A DNA stretch of 64,000 nucleotides from Guillardia theta CCMP2712 (Eukaryota; Protista; Cryptophyta), in NCBI RefSeq assembly GCF_000315625.1, contig NW_005434595.1, positions 235,826 through 299,825 of the forward strand. The letters are read 5' to 3'. Both the position numbers and the translations under genes were made by a program. This document shows, in pieces, positions 12,100-24,000 of this stretch (position 1 is its first letter; each line of letters starts with the position of its first letter). The notes below the pieces were generated by a model. That model searched no databases, was not told the DNA's origin, and worked only from the letters and a program-made list of their open reading frames with translations.

Positions 12100-13260
12100 C
12101 ATTCGCGGCTGGGCCGGGGCCCGGACCGTACCGTGGGCCGCCTCCGAGGCTCGGAGCCCGCCGGCCCGGGGAGTCCGGGCCGCACGCCGGTCCGCCGGGC
12201 GCCGGTCGGCCCATGCTCGATCACAGGCTCAGTGAGTCATCGACTACTGACTCGGGTCGGACTCAGTCACTCGGATGATTTTAATAGCGACCCGCCGGGT
12301 ACCGTACAGTGAACTTAGTATCATGGCTGGAGCCTCCGAGGCCGATGCCGGCGGCCGCGTCCTGCCATGGCATGATGGCCGCCTCACTGGCGGTTACTAA
12401 TCCTGCCAGGCGGCGGAGGCTCCGTGGCCGCCGCCGCAGTGCCCGGCTGGCCGGGCCGCCGAGTGCTTTCCGAAGTTCTAAGTTTACAGTAGTCACGGCC
12501 CGGGTCAGTGACGCCCGAGGGGCTCCTCACACTGACCTTTGAGAGTCTGAAGGCCGCATGAGGCGCTGGCCCAAGTCCGGCCGGGCCCGGCGTCCCAGTG
12601 AACGAACCGCACGGTCCGTGCTTGAACCGTCGGTGAGCGACTCAGTAGAGGCAACAGGCCCTAGTAAAGTAGGACGTTAGGCTCGGGTCATGCCGATATT
12701 GCCCTGCGAACAGGTTGGGATGGCCCGCTGCACTTTCGCTGAGATGATCCGAGTCTGGGCCCCGGCCTAGCCGAATCAGGCTCCGACGGCGGCCCGGCGG
12801 GAGTCCCGGCGTGCGGGCCCAGCCGGGCCATGCTTGAAATTAAAAATCAGTACGAGGACAATCAGGAGAGTGACTCAGACTTACTGATCCTGGCCCGCGG
12901 CCACTCAGCGGCTCGCCCCATGCCGTTGGTCCGAGGTCCCAGTACCGTCACCGACGGTACACTGAGTGACGGAACCGTTCGGAACAGCGGCGGCTGGCAG
13001 TCACGTACGGTCACGCCGAGCCTGATCGGACGCCGGCCCGGCGGGGGCCCAGAGGCCCAGCCTCCAGCGACGGCGCGCCAAGCCACCGCGTGAGGCGCCG
13101 GCGCCGCAGTCCAACCCGGCCGCGGGCGGCCGCGCCGGGCGGGCCGGCCCGGGGCCGGGCCGGGCCGCAGCGCGGCGCGGCGGCCGGCCGCCGCTCACGT
13201 CGTTTACCCCTATCGTGTTCCGAAGTTCGAATGAAAGTTTTACTCAAGGTTAAGTGCGAG
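12100..13260. repeat. Very GC-rich CCGG/GGCC/GACTC/CAGT motif mosaic upstream of PEX11 (probable promoter region)
   Basis: Concatenated short palindromic words (ccgg, ggcc, gggccc, cggtacgg, gactcagt). The same vocabulary occurs at 7965-8110 and 61915-61960. Confidence 0.7.
12526..12835 (-). pseudogene. Degenerate tandem duplicate of PEX11 exon 1 and its 5' flank
   Basis: 12526-12554 is identical (29 nt) to 11913-11941. 12689-12737 matches 12034-12082 at 46/49 with the ATG mutated to ATA. Between the anchors there are insertions of ~56, 4 and 11 nt and a ~50-nt replacement/deletion. Confidence 0.9.
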
Positions 13261-14890
13261 TTTGACTGTTCGCATTCCCCGGGCCGTGACTACCGGTACC
13301 CTCCCCTGAGTCACAATAGTAACTTCACTCAGCGAGGCTACATTCAACAACTTATTGCAGTTAGCCTAGAATGACAGGGGGTGGGGTGGGGTTACGATTC
13401 GGAATCTTCGTACTTCGATTAGGGTACGTGTCGTCGTGCAAAGTTGAAAATCTTGAATCAAAAGGTAGGGTACTCGCCATCGGTTACTACGGGACTCTCC
13501 GAGCAGTACTCCGCCAGTACAAATTAAAACGAGTTGAGTGTCTCATTAGGGCAACATGCCAAGAAAACTTGTTTGGAGGGTAGGGTAGTCTTGCAGGTCA
13601 GGCTTCTCCTTAGGAACATATTATATTTAAAAAAAAAAGGAACTGCCGGCACCTGCCAGGGTGAGAAAAGGGGGTCAAATGCAAATGATGCCAACCACCC
13701 TTCCTATGCCCTGCAGTGAAGGCCATGTGTAGGGTGGAATAAAAGAAATATACAGGGCAACTCCGTGTCATCGTGTAAAAAATTCAGAGATTTTTTACTC
13801 AATGACACCCGAAATAGCGAAAGGACATGAGAAGTAGTAGTAGTAGTGTGTGAGAGTAGTTTTCAGAGCGGCAAAAAAAATATGTTTTCAAGCCCAGCCT
13901 GAGGACGGTCACATGGTAAGCTTCGGAGGTTCCTTTAAATATACCGCCGCCTCCGAGTTCACTACTCCTTTTTGCAGCAGTACGAAGTCTCTCTGTACCA
14001 GGTCATTCAGTCAGCCCTTGTACATATGGCAAAATTCTCGCTTTTCACTACTGTAGGAATTGTATGTCACCAGTACATCTTTTGTACCTCCCCGTAGTAC
14101 AGTTGTTGCGGTATTTCACTACCATTCATACGACCTCACCTTTTCTAGTACCATACTCCCTTCCTCACTACCACAAGGCTGCTGACAGAGCCCCCGTACC
14201 CTCTACCTTTGCCCCTCAGGGTGACCACAAATGGTAACTTCCTCAGGGGGTAGGGTCCCTTCTGCCTGGGGCATTGCCTGTCAGAGAACCGGTACCTCTG
14301 ACTTATCAGAAGCTTCCTTGTAGGGTGGGTGGGTTACACCTCTAAGGAGATGGATCAAGAGGGGTGGGTAGTAGAAGGTGAAGAGGCAGATCGATGACTC
14401 CTCGAGAAGGGCCTACTAGAGGGTCTTCGACGATCCGCCCATTAACCTCCTTAACCTTATCCTCATCCACCCCTACCTCGTTCTTACCCTACCCACCCTC
14501 TCACAACATTTCCCTTTGTTACACTGGGGTTACCCTTGTACCCCATCCCACCTCTCGGAAATCCCTTGCCGTGCCTCGATTGTACTCGGACCCCACATTA
14601 CGACCACCCACCCCAGGGCAGAGAGCCAGTTTCTACCCGAGGATATTCTCTGACCCTGCCTTTCCTCTGTTAACTGTAGATCACCCCACCCACCACCGAA
14701 CTACCCACACCCCAGATCTCCATAGGGCCTAAAGGATCTGGTCCTTGCAACCCCAATTCATTGGGGTACCCCTTAGTATTTTTTTTCGTCCCGACCCCTA
14801 CATTTTCCCACTTTTAACCCACCCTTCACAAGCAGAATTTGGACCCTACCCCTTCCGTTCTACCCATCACCATCCCACATTTCCTAGCCC
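13260..14890. repeat. GGGT/ACCC/GTAC motif mosaic upstream of the giant gene
   Basis: Words ggggt, ggtacc, agtac, taccc and cacccc dominate. No coherent ORF. Same vocabulary as 1450-2950, 55080-55260 and 62000-62420. Confidence 0.65.
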
Positions 14891-15034
14891 TTCCAGCATG
14901 CCGCGCACAGGATGGCAAGCTGCTGGTCGATGTGCTTCCCTGGTTTGATTTTGTAGGTGCAAGCAGTGAGAAACAGTCTACTTGAGCTTAGCCAACTTTC
15001 TTCCTATTCTGCTCTAGCTTCCGTCATTGGAGAC

Positions 15035-18000
15035 ATGCGCTCGCTTTCCTGTCAATCTCTCGTTTTCGGACTGACGGTTGTCATCTTTCTTTCATGTAAA
15101 TGTGCATATCAAACACGTCCTGTCTCTGATTAGAATTCTGCAGCATATGCGCGTGGGGCTCCCCTATCTGGAGGTGAGAATCTGGGATCCCTCTTCTTGT
15201 TTTGGACCAGGTTTCGATCTGACCGACCATAACAGCCCAGTGTCTGCAAACTGCTCCTCCGAATGCACAGATGGTCATCACCAATAAGGGAGGTTGGTTT
15301 CTTTGCATGTTACAGTTGTAAAACTTCCTGACAAACACTTGTAGTGATACCGTTTGTCTGCGATAATATCTCGACATGTCTGGACGGCTTCGGAAACCCC
15401 CCATCTGTGGAACAGTGTGTTGCTTTGGGAAAAGTAACGGCCGACTCGATCAAGTTGGACTACAATGCAACAAGTCCCGGTTCGAACAAGGTCCAAGTGT
15501 TGATTTCAACGCCCAGCGCCACGCTCTCATATTACATCTCCATCAACGATGTATTTTTGTGGGTTCGAAAGGCGAGGGAATACCTCAACGTATGTCGACA
15601 ATATTCAGCATCGACGAATTTCACGTAAGTCAATACACCTGTTTTGCAGCGATATTTCGTTTTTTCTCTTACTTTTGGTGTGTAGGACATTTGGCTCTAG
15701 TCAAATTTTGCAAAATCTATGCCAGCGTTACCGAGACCCATCAACTGGTCTGAACACTTGCGAAAGTTTAGTCATGGATTCAAGATGCAAAACCAATGTT
15801 AACGAGGATATCTACACAATATTGTCATCAGCTCTTTGCTTGAATTCCAACAATGTGTGTTCCAACGAACAAATGTACCAGCAAACTTTCTGTTCATGCC
15901 CCTGTTGGTCAGAGATACGCCATGTCTTTAATGGAATTTTTCATCAATTGAAAGATTCGTTTCCACTTCTGGCTACAAAGTTGGACGGTCTGTCAAATCT
16001 TTGCCTGGCCAATCAACAGCAGAGCCTGCAAGTAAACGTTGTGGAAACGAGCGATGTACAATGTGCTACGAATGATGTCGTTTTCACGTTGAGTTCTACG
16101 TCTCGTATTCCAAAAGGGACCAATATCACAATCCGTGGCTTAAACGCCGACCTTCTTGTGGACTATCCTATCGTTGACAACTTACAAGTGGAGTTACCAT
16201 GGAAGTTCATTCCTGCCAAATGCCACTCTTGGTGTGACATGACAAGCGTTCCATACTTAATGTATAACAAACCTGAATGCGTTGAATGGTGCGATGAAGA
16301 CTCAATCATTAGTGTTCGTATGTTGTCAGATATTCCTCCGATTGGGCAGTTCACTCTCAAATTCAGATTCATTAATTCACCCTATTCAAGGATTGAAAGA
16401 AAGTTGAGCGTTGCAGCTTCAGGCCCAGAATTCAATTCTCCGATCACATCTGTCATTTACCAAGCTGGCATGCAAGGCGTTTTGGCTTCGAAGCACTCTC
16501 CAACATTCACAGCTGCTTCAGTACAAATTCCACCAAGTTCTTCCGATTTCTTTGATGGCAATGTATGGAGAGGAAGTTCTTGGGGAATGACCGTAAGCTT
16601 CCACTACAGCGTCACACCAAACATCGATCTACCTGCTGGATCCATGATAACAATCACGGGGTTCTTCACAGCGAAAGCTGACGTGCCTTCTCCTGTTCTA
16701 TCAGGCCAATCGATCAAATTGCTCCGCACGACATCTTGGGATCCAAATGCTGGGGTCTTGTTGCTCGAGGTCCTCCCGGAAGGAACGTTGCCTGCCGGGT
16801 TGGCAACTCAATTTTCTCTAGAGCTTGACACCTCGAATCTTCATATGATGGACCTGGTGATGTTTCAATCGATTTCTGCAACGCTGCCTCAGAATGAAAT
16901 GAATCAGTGGTGTTCACTTCCGCTAAAGAACTTCTCCCTCCCTCAGCTGACCTACACTTCCAACCCAGTCATCAGGAACCCCTCGTTGGACTCTTCGACT
17001 TGCGATCCTGGTGTCTGCTCCACTTTCGTGTTGAAATTTGCTGTGTCTGGATACTTGAACAGTTCGACCTACACGTCCATCGTCCTGGAGGGATTATTCA
17101 ACACCAGTAGATCTGATTCGTGCATCTCCGTTGGAAGCGCTTGCTCTTCAGAGACGTCGATTCCTTTGCTAGATGATGGTAAGATTTTCCTTTCAATTTG
17201 ACTCGTGCTAATTAGATTTTCAGGTCATGGTGGTAATAGTTTGTTTCAGGGGTCAGATGGACAATTATCCACTGCTTCATGGAATCCATCGACGAATGGC
17301 ATCGAGTTGTTCTTAGCCAAGCAGACAACAATCTTTCCATTCGTCGAGTATCAAGTGTCTTTCAAGCTTCAGAACGGTTTCGTCGGGAAATCTTTCAACA
17401 ATTCAAAAATCCTTTTGAGGGCTTTGAAATCGATAAACTGCAGCGGTGCTTGTCAGGATTCTGCCCCAACTCCAGTAAAAGGCCCAGCAAAGATTTGCTC
17501 TCCAGCCTTTCTTCTTCCGCAAACAAAGGTCTCCTTCCAGCATTACAATCCGTCTTGTTATGATCCAGCAGCTTGCGATGGGACAAACTCGGTAGCTACC
17601 TGTGTAAACAATCAAATCTACCTCGATCTTTACGCGAATTTCAAAGTGGTGAAGAGTTCAAGCATTACGGTAGAAGGCCTCGCTGGATTCTCGTATTTGA
17701 AACTTGTCAATGAGAGTTTCGGGACCGCTTCCTTCTCCAGTGGGGTTCTTGTTCTAAACTTGCAAGTTGATTTGGAATCTTTCTCACTCTACCAGCTTGT
17801 TTTTGATGCAAGGAGCCCCACACTTGGTGTGAAGTTTGACGCTATTCGTCTCAAGATGCAGGATCCCTTGTTTTCCTTCAATCAAAGCATCGACACGGGT
17901 TTCAGCACATCGCAATTGCTATTTGCTCCCGACCTCGTTGTGCATTCTTGGCAATCAAATCCCCTTCCTCAAGCAAGCAATACAATACATCTAAAGCTTG

Positions 18001-21000
18001 TGGCTAACTTACCTTTATCCGTCGGAACTAATGTGACCATCTCGAATCTGCCTTCTGATGCAAATCTGAATTTGGTAGAAGGAAGCTCATTCCAGATTAC
18101 GTCTTCGAAAGCAGGAACTTTGTTGCTTACTTCAACAATTCAATTTGACACCAACAACGAGATCATGATAGTATTTAATACCACAAACCCAATTACTTGC
18201 AGAAATCATGCAGATATCTTGGTTACAGCGGTGTCAGATTCGTCTTCCTGCCCGTATTCTGTTGGACCCAATCTAGCAAGCGTTGTATTCGATTCATCAC
18301 TCAGTGGGCCATGCTACAGTTGCCTCTCGACCCTCAGTTGTGACAGCTGCTACTCATGCGGGTCATCGTGCAATCCATCCTATGATGCCAGGCCGTTCAG
18401 CGTCCATTCACCTCAGTTCTGGATCAAAGAGATTTCTCAGCTGACCTCGTGGCCAGCTGCAGCCAATCAAATAGATCTGACCTTGACTCCAAATTTCCTT
18501 TTGCCGGCTGGATCGAATATAACCGTGTCTGGTCTATACGCACACTCGATGCCTCAACTTTTCTTCAAGTCCGCTAGCTTTCAGGAAAAATCCTTCTTCA
18601 TCGATTCTTCTACAAAGTCGGTCATTGTGACTTTGAATGAGGATATTCCCGTGTCTGCACAAAGTAACTTATCCATTGGATTTCAAAACCCATCCGTCGG
18701 TCAACTTCCAGTCACGGTGTGGGTGTCTGCATCAGGTGAGACCTCCAGCTGTCCAATAAGATTGCAGAGTTGCAAACTGGATCAACCGACAGACATGTAC
18801 CATAAGCCTTTCTTTGTGGAGGCCCCTTCCTTCAATGTTGCCACAATCTCGCAAAGCCAAGTCGACTCAGGCTGTAATTCGTACGCCGTCAAAAATCAGA
18901 TTACTGTTTCGTTGTCTGCCAACGTAGCACTCAATGCTACAGACAGGATCACTGTGTTTGGTCTGATTGGAAGTATCAGTGAAAGCAGCAGCTATTTTGA
19001 GATTTCCTCTAACAACCTTCTGAGTAATGAAGGGGTCTGGAGTGCTGAAAACGGATCTGTGGCAGTGCGTATCTTGACTGAGATTCTGCCGAACACTACT
19101 TTCAGCTTCTCTTTTTACCTGCTTAATCCAGCTGCACCTCAGCTAGTCTCCCAACTGGCTGTGAAGACCGACAGAATTGCACCCCAGGCCTTGCACATCG
19201 AAAACCCGCTGTCAAATCCTTTTGATTTCTCTCAATGGCCGAAACTGGTTGGATTCTCCATCACTCAGTCAACAGCAATGCCAGGTGCACTCAATTCCAT
19301 TCAGATTTCCTTTCAGCCGAACATGAAGATTCAGCCAAGCGTCGACACGCGATTGTCAATCTTGGGTCTGCAAGGAGCGTCAGCCATTGATGGGCCAATT
19401 GCGCTGTATGGCAACGACACGTCTATCTCTGTGTTTCGCTCTTCCGTTGACGGATCACCAGGAACTGGCTACTGGGACGATTGCAACAAGTCGCTCACGT
19501 TGCACCTCACTCAGCCTCTGGAGGCGAATACCATCTATGCTTTCTCTTTCAGAGTTATCAACCCCCTCTGCTTACAGATGGGGCCCTCGCTCCAAGTGCA
19601 GACTGAAGGTCTCTTTTGCTCCAAGTTCTCTTGTGCAAAAGACTTTTCTCCCAGCAAGGTTGAAGACGTCTCGTTCACCGTAGGGAGCGGAGATCTGTTT
19701 CCGCTCAAAGTTTATGCTCCAGCATTTGACGTCAGACAAGTTTCTGAATGCACCAAAGTTGCAGGTGCGCAGAACACAATCTCTGTTTCTATCCAGCCCA
19801 ACGTGAATCTGCCAAATGGAACTTCAATCCAGATCTCAAATCTGACTGGTGTAATTTTCCCTTCATCACAGATTGCTCTCGGTGGTATCAGTGCTCCTTA
19901 TTTTACAAGCGCTGTCTGGGATTCTATTACGTCCAGTGTTGTGTTGACGACGAGCGCTGAGATTTATGCTGGCAGCCTGCTGACCTTCTCGTTCAATGTG
20001 TTGAACTCAGTGACCCCGCGGAGTCCGGTGCAGCCATCGATCGGAGCCACGTCCCCTTCCATCATTGTAGGGGTTGCGTCCATGTCAGGCAGCATTCTAT
20101 CGAGCTCAGAGTCGCCCAGCATCACGTTTGCCCGAGTGTCAGAAAGCAGTGGGGTTCTTGACTCTGTCAACACGCTGATGTTCGTTGTCCGGGCCAACAT
20201 TCCCCTCAGATTTAACTACACTTTGAATGTGTCTGGTATGTCAGGAGCTGAAATTCCCGCGAACCAATCGTTGAAGGGGTTCCATGCGGGTTACTTCCAG
20301 AAGGAGTTTGGTACGGACAGCTACTCGAACAGCGCTCTCTTCCGCGTGACTTCTGAGATCCCAGCCAACACCAAGATTATGCTTGCATTCGACGTTATCA
20401 ACCAGAAGAGGCAAGCCAGCTCTCCAGTGTTGCAGGCCTCCATCAACTGCTCGACTGAGTGCAGCTCTCTCTTGAAGGGGGCCGTTATGAATTATGCCGG
20501 ACCGATTCTGCTCTCCCAGATCAATCCTTCCTTCTCCGTCGCAACTATCTCCCAAGAGACTTCTTCACCATTCCAGAACAACATTTTGTTTGTCACTTTG
20601 GCAACCAACGCCTATCTTCCATTTAACCCTGATTCCAAAAAGCGTGTGACAATCACTGGATTACTAGGAGCCAATGCCAGCTCCGGGTCGATCTCGTTGG
20701 GAGGAGCCAGTCCCTTCACCAACGCCAACTGGAACATAGATTGCGCTGCATGCCTCTCCATGGAAGTCAACGACCAGCTGCTGCCAGGCATGAACTATGT
20801 CTTCTTCTTCTACGTCCGAAATCCGTCAGCTCCTCAAGCTGCCCCGACCATTCAGATTTCCAGTACCTTCACATCTTCAGTGCAGAACATGACTTTGGGT
20901 GTTGGAGACTCAGCTCCATTGTACGTGAAGAAGTTTGATTTTCTCCAGATAAGCGCGGTGCAAAATACATCTGCACCGTGCACGCAGAACAGAATCTGTT

Positions 21001-24000
21001 TTCAACTTACTGCAAACGATCTTATTCTTCCTTCGTACCAGTTCAAGATCGCACCATTCGTGAATGCCATCATACCCACGGACTCAAACCATCAAGTTTC
21101 GTTGTCTTCCACGTCGTTTCGGGCACATTGGAGTCAAAGTGATGAAGCCTTGTACGTCACGAGTACTTGTGTCTTGCCGGCAGGAGAGCAGAAATTTTGC
21201 TTTGACTTGAACAATCCCACCATAGCGCAAGTGGCTCCAGTCTTGCGGATATCTGAAAGGAACATCAAACTGAACTACACGATTCCTACAGACGTATTTT
21301 CAATGTCGTCACCACTTTACATCTCTGATGATCTGTTCTCCGCTGAATGGTCCAGCATAGAGCAATCTTCGTTCAAGCCTTGCACAAACAACTCAATTCA
21401 CGTCAACCTGCTTCCGAACTATGATTTGTCAGTGTCATGCAAACTCAACCTTACCTTCAGCGGGCTCATGGGAACAGCGTACACTAGTTCTAAGATGACT
21501 GTAGCGATTTCACCCAAATCAAACAATTTTCCATTTTCACAGTCAGCTTACTTTGATGCCTCAATTGGGGAATTGATTGTGGATATGTCCAGTGACATCA
21601 AAGCTCATGAAGTGATAAGTTTCGATATCACATTGTTGAACAGCAATATGAGCCAGATGCAACATGAAATTCAATTGAGCTCGGCACAGCATGTTTTCAA
21701 AAGCTTTCCCCTTATTTGCAGTTCGGTCAACAATAAGTTCTGCCCCATCTACATCGAGAAACCCGAGCTTTTGGTCAACTACATAGGTCAGGATAATTCA
21801 TGGCCATCAGGCACTAACAAAATTCAATTGTCTCTCACTTTGAACTTTGGGCTTAGTGGACACCACAATGGAAAACTTGTTTTGAGTGGTTTTCCTCCTC
21901 AAAGCCTGGTAGATAGATATGTTGTAGACGACTCTTTCAGTCAGATTATCTGTAGCGCTGAGAACATAAATCAAGAAATCTACTTCAGTATGCAACCAAT
22001 CTCAGCAAGGTTCGGAATACAGAATGCTGAATTGTCTACTCATTTCATCTGTACTAAAGAATCTGGTACATATTTTTACAATGGAACTGGTTGGATGTCC
22101 TTCAATTTGCAGGAAAATGACGTTCATGTTGCTACCATTGCTGCAGAGCATACGATTGACTCGTTATTATATGGAACTTCCAGTGACATTCGCTTCTTCA
22201 AAAGCAATTCATCTCAAAAGATTTGTTCCACAACAAACTTGATTGTTGCTTTCGACGGAAATTTCTTAAATTTGACTTCAAGGGTGTATGACCTCAACAA
22301 AGATGTAAGCTCTTCTTTCAAGTCAGTACAGCAATCTGCCAATGGGGATATCATTCTTGAAGTCCAGGATGGGGTGACATTTTCAGAGGGCAGCTTCTAC
22401 TTTTACATTTTGAACCCACCGTTTGCGCGCAATCCTTCGGAGATCCGAGCATCTTTCATTTCTGACTGTGTCTCGTTACACAACCAGCCTCTGATCAGTC
22501 CTTCACCTCTTCAGGCACCCTTGATGGTTGATAGTCCAAAGCTAGATCTAGTGGTGGAGCAAACCCAGCCATTCCCTTGCTCGTCCAATACCATCTACCT
22601 GACATTCTACACGAATGTTCACTTGCAAGGGAGTAGCGGTGTGACATTCACCCTCTCCGGGCTCTCTGGCTACACAATGTACAGCCCGATTCAAATCTAC
22701 GACACGTCTTCCTTTTCACAAAGCAATCGGAATCTGTTTCAGGGAGGTTCTGCACAGAAATCTGGTCAAAATTTGATTTTTACCCTCGATGCAGCAAGGA
22801 ACTTGATTGCTGGGAGATATTATGTCTTCTTCTTTGACGTCAACAACCCGATCCAAAGCCCTTCCTCTCCTACATCAGTGACTCTCTCCTCATCTGTCTC
22901 GATCACCCCAAATGTGTCGTTTCCAATTACTTCGTCGGAGTTGTGTGCTAACAATGATCCACACGACCGATCTCCCTTGTTCATCTACCAGCCAAAGTTC
23001 CGTGTTGCTAAATTTTCTCAGAGCTCGATGGTTCCGTGCCAGAATGACACGATCACGCTTGAGATCGAGTCTAACGTGCCTCTTTGCTCGAAGCAATGTT
23101 TCAACTCTATCGTAATCACCGGGTTGTCTCTAGTGTTTCCTTCCAATGTTGTGCAGTTGAAGCCGGGGGTTGACGGAGGACAAGACCACCTTACCTTCAT
23201 CTCGAGCAATGGCGGACCAGCTTTGGGTGATTGGAACGAGCAGACAGGAGAGCTGACCTTTCTCTTCGCATGCTGTCTAGAATGTGGAAGAATATACAAT
23301 GTCACATTTGAAGCTCAAAACCCTTCTTATTCTACTCACTTTCCCCCTGCCACCATCTCTGCACGAAATGATAATGGGGTTGTCACGATTCCGATTCAAA
23401 ACATGAGCAATCTTGCGGGTGGTAACTCTTTACACCTCATCCAGCCACAACTGACAACCAAATCAATCGAGTATAGTTCAGACTTGATATGCGCAGAGAA
23501 CACAATCACCATTTCAATCGAAAGCAATCTAGAGTTGTCAGGTGGCTTGCCGTTTACTGTCTCTGGTCTCGACAACTTCAAAGCTGATAGCTTCAGTGGC
23601 TTCACTTCGGATTGCTTTACTGAGCAATCTTTCAGCAGTGGAACGCTGTCGCTGAAACTCAAGACAACTGGTCTTCAAGTGAACAACCCTTGTAAGACTA
23701 CTTTCACTGTGATCAATCCGTCAAATGAAGTGACGATTCCATTACCAACCATTCAATTCACTTCATGCAATTATCATCCCTCGGATGTGATGACTGGGAA
23801 CGAACTCAAAGTTGGTCTGAACTTGAATGCGACGGGTTCCCAAAGTAGCAGTAATCCCTGTGATACCAACACAATCACGATCATTGTCAACTTCACTGTA
23901 GCAATGGCAGATACATGTGGATTGAACATATCGATTTCTAACCTTCAGAATGCGATCTACTCATCAAATAGTTTGACAGTGGATGGCACCTCGTTTGATG

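Noticed and set aside
12035-14948. Many short ORFs in the GC-rich and ACCC-rich spacer
   Set aside because: R/P/G/A- or P/T/H-biased translations expected from low-complexity DNA; no splice or domain support.
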